From NCBI GenBank assembly GCA_052426225.1, contig JBNJNM010000019.1:1-64000 (forward strand): DNA of 64,000 nt, in the 5' to 3' direction. The stretch's first letter is position 1; the number at the start of each line of letters is the position of its first letter. This document shows positions 36,078 through 49,926 of this stretch, piece after piece. This DNA is from Zancudomyces culisetae HAW-14-8 (Eukaryota; Fungi; Kickxellomycota). The position numbers and the translations under genes are program-made. The notes under the pieces were generated by a model that searched no databases, had not been told where the DNA came from, and was given only the letters and a program-made list of their open reading frames with translations.

Positions 36078-38793
36078 ATGTTGTTGGTTCGATCGAATTC
36101 AAATATTAATCGGAGCATTCGAGTTCCACAATTTTTAAACAAACTATATAGGTAATACACCTTTGAATTTTTTCCACAACTCTTTATTTTTATTTGATTC
36201 TTTTTATATGCTCAAGCTAAAAAAAATTCCGTGATGAAACTAACACTAATTAAATAAATTTTTTAGACTTGTAGACGATCCCTCAACTGACGAGTACATA
36301 AGGTGGTCGGATAATGGAGAATCATTTATGGGTAAGTACGGACAAATAGGAATAAAGTGAGAATTTGAATCTTTGTGTGTAGTTTTTTTAAACTTTTGTT
36401 TGTTAAAACTAAAATATACAACATTATAGTGTTTAAACAAGAAGATTTTGCGAAAGAGGTGCTGCCAAAGTATTTTAAACATAGTAACTTTTCGAGTTTT
36501 GTGCGGCAACTAAACATGTATGGATTTCACAAAGTACCACACCTGCAGTCTGGGGTGCTCAAGACGGATGGAATGGAGCCAGAGAGTTACGAATTTAGCA
36601 ACGAGTATTTTATAAGAAACCAAGCGGATCTATTACATTTTGTAACACGAAACAGGGGAAGTGGAAATATCGGTGGAGGCAAAACAGGGATTGGAATGGC
36701 TGATGGGGATGAAGGGAGCGAGGAAAGCAAGAAACGAGGTGAGCTAGTGTTAGGACAGGGAGTGGGAGCGGGAGCGGGGGGAGATGAAGTGGGAAAATCT
36801 GGAGGCTCTACTACTGGTGCAGGAGGCAAGGGCGCGCGGGAAGGGATTCTAAACGCCAAGCTGGAAAAGCTGACTAAAGAGCTGGAAAAAGTACGAGAAC
36901 ACCAAACAACACTAAGTATAGAATTGAAAAAAATCAAACAGGGGCAAGAAGCGTTATGGACTGAAGCCAAAGCAAATAAAAAACGACACCAAAACCATGA
37001 AAACACAATAGAAAAAATAATGGAGTTTTTAGCAACGATTTTTGCATCAGATAAAGGACGAAAGAAGGAACACGGCATTGGATCAGTTAGGCTGTTATTG
37101 AAAGAGGCAGGCGAAAAGAGAGGCAGAAGCAACAGCGCAAGTGAAGGGGAAGGCGGAAGTGAAGAACCAGAAGATACGTATGGTGCTGATACGCCAGCCT
37201 CAACAGACAAAGTACCAATGACTGGGTTGTCGTCTGATCCGATATTATATGAACCCAGCAGTATTGCTAAAGGTACTGCTAGTGTTCTTGGAGGTAAAAA
37301 AAAGATCAAGTTGGATGGAGGCAGCAAAGTTACTAGTGGAATAAAAGAACTCTCGCCACGAGGAATAAATACAGTTGACGATTTTGAGCAAGCTAAATCC
37401 TTTTCTGGTTTAGACGTAGATGGTTACAAGAATGGTGATAATTATATAAATCAAAGCAATCAACTCTTGAAGCCTCATCTTTCGTTTTTATCGCAAGACA
37501 AACAGACTCAAAACAAAACAACAGACCTCTTTGACGTGTCTCCTTTCAACTTGGGACAACCAGCCAGTGTGTTAAACGCTGCTTGTGCTGTAGACAACAG
37601 TGCCAATAAAACGAATGGATTTTACATAGATCCGTCTGATCAACAACTGAACCAAACCAAATGGGACGAGCTTTTGACGGGAATGAATAATGCTGGCGCG
37701 AACAACAATTCTCTTTCAGAAATGTCAGGTTTAAAATCACCCAAACTAGACCACTTTGATCAGCTAGTCAATAATCTGGCTTTATTTTCTGACCAATCAA
37801 CCTCTTCAAATCCATCAAATCCATCTAATCCATCTAATTCCTCCAACCAATCCTCGAACCAGTCTTCTAACTACAATACTTTGTATCCAGCCTTGAATTT
37901 AGAATACAATCCAAATCTATTACTGAAATCCCCCAGTCTCCAGTCTCCTCAACCTCCTCTCTCTCCCTCGACGTTTCTTGATCTTTTGATCAATCCAAAC
38001 CCCAACATTCCCAACATTCCCAACATCCCTAAAATTCCCAACATTTCCAACACTAAGCCTGATAGCACAAATTCCAACCCCCATCAAATAAATATTTCTG
38101 ACCTTGGAAATTTTCCTTTAATCGGTTTTAATAGCGAAAACGACAATTCCCAGAAGAAACAGCAACAACAACATCAGTTTGCATTACAACAAATTATGCC
38201 TTCTACAATTACCACTGGCACCAACACCAACACCAACACTAATACTAATACTAATACTAACACAAACGCAAATATGTTGGTCAAATCACCCGGCTCTACA
38301 AACAACTCTCTGGATAACTTGCTGGCTCTTTCTCAACTCAGCCAAGCCAATCTAGCTCCTCTATCCAACTTGAACTCACTCCCAGTAAATAACATTAACA
38401 ATAACCTCATTGCCAGCATCAATAATATTAACAATGACAATAATGCTGACAAGAATAACCAAATCGAAAATACTACCAACAATCTTAATATTCAAAAACT
38501 AGCTATGGCTCTGTCTCAATGTACCCCTGAACAGTTGGAAATGCTCATCAAACTTGTAGCGCTTAACAACAACAACAATAACATTAATCATGGTAATCTG
38601 ATTAGCGACACTAATTTACTTGGCGACAACCCTCTTGTTTTAAAAAAAAAACCAAAGTCCAAGGATAAGGGTAAAAGCAAATCCAAAAAAAGGTTAAAAT
38701 CCAATAACCTGTCTCTCCAACTCCCATTGTTGACACCATCAAATAATATTAGTAGTAATAACAATAACAATAACAATAGCAACAACAGCAACG

Positions 38794-38828
<35 letters not shown>

Positions 38829-38987
38829 TTGAATAACACAAACAACAGCAATATTAACTTTGCTATAGATGGTAATACTGCTATAAACAGCGAGGATTCT
38901 TTAAACCAACTTCTTGGCTTATTTGGCCAAAACCCAACCACAAAGCCATCATCTCCTTCACAATCCTCGACTTTTAGTTCACTCTAA
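36078..38987 (+). CDS. HSF1: Heat-shock transcription factor with Asn-rich C-terminal half, 3 exons
   Basis: PQFLNKLY|LVDDPSTDEYIRWS..SF|..LPKYFKHSNFSSFVRQLNMYGFHKV DNA-binding domain, followed by a coiled coil ending IMEFLATIF. Confidence 0.9.
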
Positions 38988-39672
38988 CCTCCCTCCCTGT
39001 ACTTTTGTATTTTTGTATTTTCTTTTGCTTTGATTTGATTTTTATAGTTGATAAATCAAAACAAGTAAAGAGAGAAAAAAATTTATTTTTTATTTTTTGC
39101 TTTTCCTTTCACTTGGATCTGTAAATAAACACCAACTAAAACTTTTTTTTTCTGTTCCTGAAAAAACTGAATCCACCCTTCCTCATCGCTAGTTGCTCCT
39201 CCGCAACTTCCCCTTGGATCCACTAACGTGTGCACCACAGCACATCCACATTTTCATGCAGTGTTTGGTTGGATTTTGTAGAGGTGGTTTATGGGTGCTG
39301 TGATCACGATTTGTGTGATTTTTTATTTTCACAGTCTTGATTCAAGCAACTAATTGGTCAAAAAATCGAGAAAGTTTGAGCTTTGTGATTGAAACTCGCT
39401 CTTTTTGTTAATTTTTTTTTATCAATGTTTTTATTTTATTTTTTTATTTGGTGTTAGTAAATAGAATGTTTCGTAGATTTAACCAGAAATATTAGCTTGG
39501 TGACACTTTTATTCTCGGTCAAGAAATCAGCAATATTAGTTTTATCTACCAGTATCTTCAATTACTTTTAGTCTTTTTGCTATTTTAGAGCTTGATATTT
39601 TAGCAGACTATATTTTATAAATTAACTACCCAAATTCTAGGAATTAGATTTCTTTTAATCGTATAAAATAAA

Positions 39673-41729
39673 ATGATTAGTGCAAGCAAGAGGTGCAGCA
39701 GTATCCTTTCCAGGTAAATACGAATTTGACATTTAATAAACAACAGTATATTGTGTAAATATTATAAATTTTCAAATACAGATAGTCTCGAATTGGGTCC
39801 TAGAAATGAAAATATAATCATAATAAAAAAAACTTAGGAATTTTGGCCTTGTACCTAAAACAAGAGCGTTCAGTAGTACCAAGACACAAAGAACCGAATC
39901 CAGCGGCTCAAAAGATGGAAAAATAAACAAATACAGCAAAATTATTACACAGCCCGTCGAACATGGATCCGCCCAAGCCATGTTATATGCCACAGGACTC
40001 AACAAGAGCGACTTTGACAAGGCTCAAGTAGGAATATCCAGTGTGTGGTTTGAAGGAAATCCTTGTAATATGCATCTGTTGGATTTGTCTGCCAAAGTTA
40101 AAGAGGGAGTACAGGCAGCAGGATTGGTTGGATACCGCTTCAACACTATTGGTGTGAGTGATGGAATCAGTATGGGAACTAAAGGAATGTCATACTCGCT
40201 ACAATCTAGAGATTTGATTGCAGACTCTATAGAAACCGTAAGTTTTATTTTTATTTTTTTACCATATTGGTCACATAACTTTCAACCACACACACACACA
40301 CACACAAAAGCTACACATTGATTATAAAAAATTGACTTTTTAAATATTAATAATCAAATACATGAATCTATAGACAATGGGAGGTCAATGGTACGACGCA
40401 AACATTTCGATTCCCGGATGTGACAAGAACATGCCTGGTGTGCTGATGGCTATGGCACGGCTCAACCGACCATCACTGATGGTATACGGTGGATCAATCA
40501 AGCCTGGAGTAGGCTGTGGTGGTGAAGTGCTCGACGTTGTATCAACATTCGAGGCGTATGGCCAGTATGTAGCTGGTAAGATCACCGAGGACAAGCGCCA
40601 GGACATTATCCAGCACGCATGTCCAGGCCCAGGCGCCTGCGGTGGAATGTACACTGCCAATACAATGGCATCCGCAGCCGAAGCGATGGGTATGACCCTC
40701 CCATTCAGCTCATCCTCGGTCGCTGCATCCTCTGAAAAACTCGAAGAATGCTACAACGCCGGCTTTGTCATCCGCAATTTGCTGGAGAACGATATCAAGC
40801 CACGCGATATCATGACACGCAAGGCCTTTGAAAACGCGATTACCACTGTTATCGCTATGGGTGGCTCAACCAACGCCGTTTTGCACCTCATCGCCATTGC
40901 CCGCGCCGCCGAGGTTAAGTTGTCCATCGATGATTTCCAGGAAATCAGCGACCGCGTGCCATTCCTCGCTGACATGAAACCATCTGGTAAGTATGTCATG
41001 AACGATTTGGCTAGAATCGGTGGCACTCCTGCTATCCTTAAAATGCTTCTGGACGAAGGATTCTTGCATCCTGATTGTATCACTGTTACTGGAAAGACTC
41101 TTGCTGAAAACTTAAAGTCTGTCAACCCGCTTCCATCCGGCCAAGACATCATTAAACCCGTCTCCAATCCTATTAAGCCCACAGGCCATCTTCAGATCCT
41201 CTACGGAAACTTGGCACCTGAGGGCTCTGTTGCCAAAATCACCGGCAAGGAAGGTCTGCACTTCTCTGGTCCTGCAATTGTCTTTGATAGGGAAGAGGAC
41301 ATGCTTGTTGCCCTTGCCAAGAATCAAATCAAGGCCGGCCATGTCATCATCATCCGTTACTGCGGCCCTAAGGGTGGTCCTGGAATGCCTGAAATGCTTA
41401 CCCCAACCTCTGCCATCATGGGTGCAGGCCTCGGCAAGGACGTCGCTCTCCTCACAGATGGCCGCTTCTCCGGTGGCTCCCACGGCTTCATCATTGGCCA
41501 CATCACCCCTGAAGCCCAAGTTGGTGGTCCTATTGCTCTCGTTCGCGATGGTGACGTTGTGTCAATTGATGCTGAAAACCGCGTCTTGTCTCTTCACGTC
41601 TCTGATGCCGAGCTGGCTAACCGAAAATCGTCTTTTGTAGCTCCTCCCTACAAAGCCAAAAACGGAACCCTTTACAAATACATCAAGAACGTCAAATCAG
41701 CATCTGTAGGTTGTGTCACTGACGAATAA
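39673..41729 (+). CDS. ILV3: Mitochondrial dihydroxy-acid dehydratase; exons 39673-39713, 39838-40237, 40374-41729
   Basis: [51 protein letters not shown]. Confidence 0.97.
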
Positions 41730-43324
41730 TCTTCTGTTTACCCTTTAATTTTTTTTACTCTCTCTCGTCATTTTGCTCCCAATTCACACATTAATAAACG
41801 GTTCGTTAATTATAATAAAACTGGAGATGTGGTATGTGCTTATCATTTGCCGACAAATGTAAATCATAACATGCTATACTACGCTTACAAAAACCCAGCT
41901 TTGGTACTGATGCTGTTGTTTTAACTATGGCTGACAAAACCTTAGACTTACTTGCGGGTCGCCAAATTCGACCCTATATATACTATTCTTTATTTTTCTT
42001 CTCAAGACCATAAATAACAAACAAGTGACATAAAAACGCTCTACCCTGCATGCTACCCAATAAAACTCTGTTGATGGATTTACACTCAAATAATTATGCC
42101 ACACAGCTACTTGTGGCTCTTTGTTTATAAAATATTACGTATTCTTAACTCCTTTTCCTATATCTTCTCATTGATCTTATCTCTAAAAACAACAGCTGTA
42201 TTTGCTTTAAGCATACCGGCTTTTATGAAAGCAACTATAATTCTTTTAAAAATACAGGATCCAATAACCAAGCGATTATGATATAATATCCCCAATACTA
42301 CGATACTTGTCCCAAATGAAAATTTCAGTGTCATATACGAAGTTCAGTACCTTTTTCCCTTTGGAGTTTTTTTTTCTGCTTAAACTCCTAAACGAGTTAT
42401 TTATTAATTTAATGGAACGTAATTTATAATATAAAAAATCACAAATTTTGGAATCTAAGACAGTTTAATTTAACATAGGAATTTTGGTAACTGTCTACTT
42501 TAAATTTGAATTAACAACAGTTTCTAGTCAAATATATTGTAACATGTTTGTGGTAAAAAAAAAGTATATTTGATCAAAAGAATTTCGGACTAGTAAAAAA
42601 AGCTTTAGATCTGACAACTTTGAGCAAAATTGGTACGAATCAGTCGGCACTTACCCATTTCACTTTGTACTGAGCCGAATGTGTACAACATTTTCATAAA
42701 TCACCTGAATGTTGCAATTTAATATGGAAAATCACATCAACAATTGCCGTTTACAAGTTAATTTTAATATATCTAAGTTCGTCTAACAATATTTTGAGTG
42801 CCAACACCACTAGCTGACAAGATAATTGTCGTTATTAGTATACCTGTTTATAGATGTGATTCTAAATATCTATATAATTAATCGTCTCACACTTTAGTCT
42901 ATCTCTTCGCGTTTTTCCCTATTACTGCGCTATTTAAAACTAAACTATTGTATATAATCTCAACTAACTGGACCAAAAATCCTTATACCAGCTCCTGTTT
43001 TCTTGAATGTATAATAACTGAATCTTATGTCATTGATAAAACAAAAAACTTTGGAGTTTCCTTTAAACAAAAGCAATCCTCTCAACTATATATAAAATGT
43101 TCCTATTAAAGCTAATACAGCTTGTATTAAACAGGTTATATATTACAATTTATATTGTTACTCAATTCTCTGTATCTTTTAAAATTATTCTTTTCGCTAA
43201 CACAGAGGTGTTAGAATGAAAATAAAAAGTAAAAAAAAAGACAAGTCTTAGACTTATTTTTTAACTTCAAGTAGCGCTTAGTGTAGAGTAGAATATTACA
43301 CTTACTAAATAACTCAAAGTAAAA

Positions 43325-44326
43325 ATGGGGCTAATTGCGATTAATACAAAAGGGCTTAGAACATTGCTAATATCGCTGCTACTGGTTATATCCATAACCT
43401 TAGTATACCTTCTATCGCAGAGATCGCTATGCACCGGTAATTTTGGTGAAGGTGGTAGAGTGTTTTTGAGCCAAGCAACAAGTAAAGATGAAAAAGATTA
43501 TATCGTAAAAGACATTTTAGATAGCAATGAGCATGAAAACGATGACACTCTTCGTTACCGAGGCAATGATATAACTAATATCGTTAAAATTGGCAAAAGT
43601 GGCAGATATGAAGGGTTCAAATACATCAAGCTGTCAGATATTTCGGAAGGAACAAGTATAACCAACCTTGTAACATTCAACAAAAACAATTCAGACTATG
43701 CAATCATCATACCGATATCCCCAGCAGACGATATATTCTGGATAAAAAACTTGTACTATGGCTTTAATGTTTTAACAGTATGTGATAAAGACGATCCAAG
43801 AACACAACAAAAACATTTATGTGATATTGTGCTAGACGATAACTATGAATACCACACACTTGCCAAAAAAACAAATGACATGATTAGTAAAATCTGTAAG
43901 ACACTTCCGCGGTACAAAACAATTGTAAAACTTGATTTTGACATTGTTATAAACAAAAGCTACTTGGCTGCTATGCTCAAGTTGATGGGTGCAAATCCTG
44001 ACAAGAGAATCTACTTTGGTGATCCAAACTATAAAAAAAATAGTAAAGTCATATCTATGAATGGTAAAGTGTATGCGTTTACCAGAAGGCTACTTGAAGA
44101 TTTTTGCAACTGTACAAAGGTGCCAGAAACAGAATACGGTATGTTGGAAGATAATTGGTTTGGGGATACGCTTGCAGAGTGCGCACTCCAAATAAATGAA
44201 GAGTTTAATTACAATGATGAGTATATTTTTATATTCTCAGATGAATCGCAGATATATCATAAGGAGTACACCGGGAAGAGCGTAAAGTTAAGAATGGGTA
44301 GATTCGCGTACAAAACAGATAAATAA
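43325..44326 (+). CDS. Type II membrane glycosyltransferase, GT31/fringe-like, paralogue 1
   Basis: N-terminal TM anchor, VKLDFD (DxD), IYFG, NG..Y.F, EDNWFG. Confidence 0.65.
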   Translation: MGLIAINTKGLRTLLISLLLVISITLVYLLSQRSLCTGNFGEGGRVFLSQATSKDEKDYIVKDILDSNEHENDDTLRYRGNDITNIVKIGKSGRYEGFKYIKLSDISEGTSITNLVTFNKNNSDYAIIIPISPADDIFWIKNLYYGFNVLTVCDKDDPRTQQKHLCDIVLDDNYEYHTLAKKTNDMISKICKTLPRYKTIVKLDFDIVINKSYLAAMLKLMGANPDKRIYFGDPNYKKNSKVISMNGKVYAFTRRLLEDFCNCTKVPETEYGMLEDNWFGDTLAECALQINEEFNYNDEYIFIFSDESQIYHKEYTGKSVKLRMGRFAYKTDK

Positions 44327-45965
44327 TAACACAAAACCTAATTATCCTAGTTAATTCTGGATAACGTACTAGAGCGTATATTTATGCTTTTCTACTGTCT
44401 ATCCATTTTTTATTTATTGTTTTACACTAGCACTTTTCTGTGCAAACTCGAATAAATAAATCAAACCAACATCAATACTATCCTGGCACTTTTAAACACA
44501 ACAATATACATTTTTCAATCTCAACCTTAATTTAAAACAAAAAAAATGAAAAAACTAAAATATTATAGCTGGGAATCAAACCTCTTATTTCAGTGTCTTT
44601 GCTTAGCATTAAAATCGTTTGTATTCTGTTGTCTCAATAGCTACCTAAAATATCATTCAAGAAATAAATGTATAATAAACTGATTTTCACAACCCATAAC
44701 ATTCTAACATCCACCCATTTAGAATATATCCTATACAAGAGAGTGCTGCCGAGGGGAGATAATGTTAGAAAAATTTTACGCCACAGTACGCCTCTAAACT
44801 CAATTTTTTGAGATTTTTTTGATAGATGATATTATTTAGTTTCTAGTCCTTTTTTCTGGTTCATTGTATTATAAATAGCACACGAAAAAATATATCTGAA
44901 TAGCAGGGAATAAGCAACAATTTCACAAATATAAGAAATCAGCTAAGCTCCAAAATATTTTTTTCTACACTCAACTTTATTCATAGTTGGGAGTGGTAAT
45001 TTAACTAAAATTTGTTGTGATGTGTAAATAAAATATCATAAATTTCACATCACAAGGAATAGAGAAAAACAATATTTTCATATACTTTTTTCTTCAGCTT
45101 GCTTGTCAAATGTATTAGTACTTGCCCTAGTAACAATTTATAAAGGAATTATTACTTGATGTGTAATTTTAGTAATCAGAATTCTATCACACATTTCAAG
45201 GGTCTATCAATGGTGATAGTTAAGTTGATGTGATAGTCAGGTTTACGGAAAGAACTCTAAATTACCTTTGCATATTCACCATGTACCTACAAGTCCCATA
45301 TTTTCAGCTTAATTCATGAACGTACTGTGGAAAAATAATTAAGAATAAACACTAGCACCAACCAATAAATATAAATATATTGTAAATTTAGTGAAGAAAA
45401 ATACAGAAATTTGGATAAGGTTCCGAATTTCAGGTTCAGGTCTTCAAAATGGAAATTATTAAATCTTTTAGCATTGTATGTGATGAATTAAAAGGTAATT
45501 ATATGTAGTTGATTTTAATTCAAAATAAGAAATACAAGTATGCAAGTTAGCCTAATATATTTAATTTTTCTGTTCTGGTAATATTTTTCATGGTGATGAT
45601 AGGTGGAATAAAGAAGCCGAGTTGACACACCGTGTCACACTAAGTATAAGTGAAGCTAATGTGTAATTGAACATTACTTTACAAACAAAAGTAAAACCTA
45701 TCAGAAAATGTTTGAAGGATATAACTGTCTAATACTTCATGTATGTGGTTTTTTTGACGACCCACCACTTGGTATATTTTGCTTTCCTCTTTTCAAAACT
45801 ATTCTCTTTAATATATACGTTTGTCACAGTAAAAATTATATACATCTACGTTTTACAGCAATACCCAAGCAGTCAATATATTGTGCAAAGAGTCAAGTGT
45901 TTGGATCACGTTGGATTTCATAGAACGATTGTATTTGTTTGATAACTTAAAGTACAGAGAAAAAA

Positions 45966-47163
45966 ATGGTGCATATACGCATAGCTGTAAAGATCGTTAT
46001 AACGCTGTTGTTAATCTCTACAGCTATCTATCTTATTTTAGATTTGAGTATAACACAGCTAGCTTTTAAGCTAGGTCTAAGAGAAAAACATTCATGGCAG
46101 TGGAAAAAGACCAAAAACAATGCTCTTTCACGACCGGGGTTGCCCTATAATGATATTGTTAAAATGAACGACTATGACTTTATTGATGGTGATAGCGGAG
46201 CCAATGTTAGTGGAGATTCTAAGGCTGATGCGAGAAATGATATCGCCACACCAAATACTGGCACCACAACTACCAATTCCAACTCCAACTTCAACTCTGA
46301 TAGTACAAACAATATCAAGCCCAATACAGCGAATGCTGAAGAAAGCAGAAACAGTCCCTCCACAATTGCAACAAGTTCAAAACTTAGCAACAACAACACT
46401 ATTAAAGTTGACTACAAAGATATTGCAAAAGCAGTTACTTTAGGCGAAATGGAGGAATATGGAACTGTTCAGTCCATTAACTTACCAGACGTGTTTGGAA
46501 CAGCAAGCATCACCGAACTTGCAACATTCAACAAAAAAAATTCAGACTATGCAATCATCATACCCATATCCCCAGCAGACGATATATTCTGGATAAAAAA
46601 CTTGTACTATGGCTTTAATGTTTTAACAGTATGTGATAAAGACGATCCAAGAACACAACAAAAACATTTATGTGATATTGTGCTAGACGATAACTATGAA
46701 TACCACACACTTGCCAAAAAAACAAATGACATGATTAGTAAAATCTGTAAGACACTTCCGCGGTACAAAACAATTGTAAAACTTGATTTTGACATTGTTA
46801 TAAACAAAAGCTACTTGGCTGCTATGCTCAAACTGATGGGTGCAAATCCTGACAAGAGAATCTACTTTGGCGATCCAAACTATAAAAAAAGATAGTAAAG
46901 TCATATCTATGAATGGTAAAGTGTATGCATTTACCAGAAGGCTACTTGAAGATTTTTGCAGTTGTACAAAGGTGCCAGAAACAGAATACGGTATGTTGGA
47001 AGATAATTGGTTTGGGGATACGCTTGCAGAGTGCGCACTCCAAATAAATGAAGAGTTTAATTACAATGATGAGTATATTTTTATATTCTCAGATGAATCG
47101 CAGATATATCATAAGGAGTACACCGGGAAGAGCGTAAAGTTAAGAATGGGTAGATTCGCTTGA
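45966..47163 (+). CDS. GT31-like glycosyltransferase paralogue 2 (1-nt A-run frameshift near 46890)
   Basis: TM anchor plus a longer S/T/N-rich stem; catalytic part almost identical to paralogue 1. Confidence 0.65.
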
Positions 47164-47578
47164 TGTCCTTACACATTCAAAATAAATATTTTAGTAGAAT
47201 CGTAATTTACACATTTTCCCCTTTGTTTTCATGAAATAATAGTAGCTTTGTGATGTATAAAATATGAGTTGAGTAAAACCGTTATATTAAATTAATGCTT
47301 GATATAAACATAAAAGTGTTCAACAGTAAACAAATAGACTACTACAAAAAAGTTTACTACAACAATCGGTCAACACGAGGTATGATAGTGTTTTATAAAA
47401 GAATAGATATGCATTTACACAAAAACAGACTAAACTATATCGACACTTTATAAAAAAAGGACGCTGTTGGAACTGGAATAGACAGTGTTTTTGACAAATT
47501 TAAAAAACAAAAGTAAAGGAAAATGATAAATAATCAGCAATGTTGCTTATATATTAAAACGTACAAAAGCCGTGTAGT

Positions 47579-48568
47579 TTACAGAAACAACTCCCAATCG
47601 TTAATGACAAGGGTTGAGACACAGGCAATCAAGTTGTCCAGAGTTATCTTATCCTGATCACTCATCGACGAGTATTGCGAAATATCGTCTGACTTGCCTT
47701 TGGGTGAATTGATCGTAATCAAAATGTCCGCTTTTACTTTTTCTATACGAATCAGTACAAGGTACACACCCAATAAATCAACATCTTTATTTTGGTCGCT
47801 GGAGCCATGGTTAAACTTGGATACTGTTTGTACACCAAATCCTTGAATCATTGTACATCCGCTATTTCTCATCCAAACCCATGCAATGTTAAAAAGCGGT
47901 AAAAGCAAAAGTAATATTATAAGTAAATAATACAATATTTTACCTTAGGCTCTCTGAGAGCTCGACACTTGAAATCTCTGATAGTAGTAGTTTGTGGAGT
48001 TTGGCATCGTTTTCTTCAGCAAGATTATCAAAATGCACCCTAAATTTGTTTGACATATCAAATATCATATTTATTGTACATATATATGATTGAATGCGGT
48101 TTTGTGTAAAGTTTTAAAATGAATATAAATCTGCTCTAGAGTTTTGGTTCTCTTCTTTTAAGGTCTTGATTTAAAATAAATAAAAAATAGTATAAATAAT
48201 TACCTTAGAGCTTCACTGTTGGGGACATCTTGATGCTCTAGAATTTCAACTATTAAACTTTCGTCATTTTCGGGATTCAAAAATACCTCTTGATTGTCAG
48301 GGATCTGCCTTATTTGACTACATGTAATAAAATAAACAAAGGCTATCAACTCAACTCTTTAGCGTTTATTTTTGACCTTAGTGGTGTAGAACTAAAGCCG
48401 GTATATAACAGAACTTAGGAGAGTAAGTCCTGAGGGCTAAGAGTAGGGGGATGGGGGATGAGAGATGAGGGAGGGAGAATAAAAAGAAATGTTTACCTTG
48501 CATCCAGTAATTGTGTTAGGAATGCTGATCGACATGTAGCCACCATAGAGTTCGTGAGTAACGTTCAT
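47579..48568 (-). CDS. MOG1: Mog1 (Ran guanine-nucleotide release factor), 4 exons, apparent frameshift in exon 1
   Basis: ELYGG, LLDAS|QIRQIPDNQEVF, SLIVEILE, HFDNLAEEN, LIRIEKVKADILITIN, DWELF. Confidence 0.85.
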
Positions 48569-49310
48569 TTCGAGTAGCGTTGGCCTTTTTTTGGAATTGT
48601 TTGCTTTTCCCTCCTCTTCTGTTATGAGTGTAAATATCTATATCGATTATTTTTTGTTTGCAAAAGATCATCAGATGAACACTAATTGGAAAAGATAATT
48701 GGACAAAAAAAGGATGAAGTAGGGAGAAACTGGTTGGAGTGGAGGATTGGGCTTGGAAGTCGGGTATTTAATTCAATAACCAATTTCGTAGTTTGGGAAT
48801 TTCAGCGTTTTGTGTGCGTAATTTTGCAAGCTGAATTAGGGTGTATAAAGGAAATACGAGAAGAGATCTGGCTTAAAGACTAAACACCAGAAATATCTAC
48901 TTGTGTAATATATCCAGTAAAATGAAGGCTTCCAGTCATTGCAACTACATTTTACAACTTGTTTCAATTCAGTTTCAGGTACTAGTTTATGTATAAAGTG
49001 AATATTTAGTGAGTTAGCAAGGATTTTGGGTATAAAAAAACAGTTATCATTATTTTAGGATTAAATAGTTGACAAAGCCAAAAAAAAATCAAGAAAAAAG
49101 TTCTTTAATCAGATAAAAAAAAAGTGTACAATTTATAAAACAGATTTGATAAGCTTGGTATTGGATACTTGGTAATTGGTATCTAATATAAAGAGCACTA
49201 TAGGAAATATTCAAAAATAATCGAGAAGAATAAATAGATGGAAGGGCCCAAAATCAAATACGAGGCTTTTGATTCCTCTGGAGCTCTTTTCAACACTATC
49301 ACTTGACTCC

Positions 49311-49926
49311 TTAACCTTCCGTACATACAGGTATCTTAAAGTTATAATTACAAGTAGGACATTTGTCTGAGACATACAGCAAGTGCTCATTAATACATCC
49401 GATATGAAAGTAATGCATGCATGGCAAGTTTCTTACATAATCAAGGCTGTATATCCGGCCATTGCAAATGCTACAAGGGTTATCAATAAGGAAACCAGGT
49501 AGGGATAATGATAGTGAGTGTGAGTGTGAGTGTGAGTGGGGGTGTGGTGATGACGGTGTTGCCTGTGGTGTAGTTTGCGATGATGATTGTGGTGGTGATT
49601 GAATTGGTGTGATGGAGTTACTATCATAAAAACGCTGTTGAGTTTCCTCAGATAAATCCAAAATATGGTTTTTTCATCACTTCAGAATACTGGACTGCCG
49701 GAAATTGCTGATCAAGTTCTTCTGGTGTAAAAAACTGTTGGTCAGTGCCGCTAGGTTTACTAACATAGCGAGGTAGATCATCATCCGAAATTCGCTTAAT
49801 TTCAGCTTGTGGATGTGATGATCGATATACATATCTACCATATACCCCCGCAACGCAAACCAAAACAAGTACTCCCAGCATTCCAAGTTGTACGAGAATG
49901 GTAGAATTCTGATATTCGAAGGCCAT
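49311..49926 (-). CDS. Single-TM RING-H2 E3 ubiquitin ligase (apparent frameshift near 49661)
   Basis: N-terminal TM segment; CSIC..VRNLPCMHYFH..CI..CPTC; the two ORFs join if one T is removed from a T4 run. Confidence 0.75.

Noticed and set aside
36587-37327. Antisense ORFs over HSF1, ILV3, STM1, MFS and pol
   Set aside because: Shadow frames of real genes with no independent motifs.
39701-39709. U12-type donor consensus GTATCCTTT in ILV3 exon 1
   Set aside because: The phase does not fit the 39838 acceptor; the U2 donor at 39714 restores the frame.
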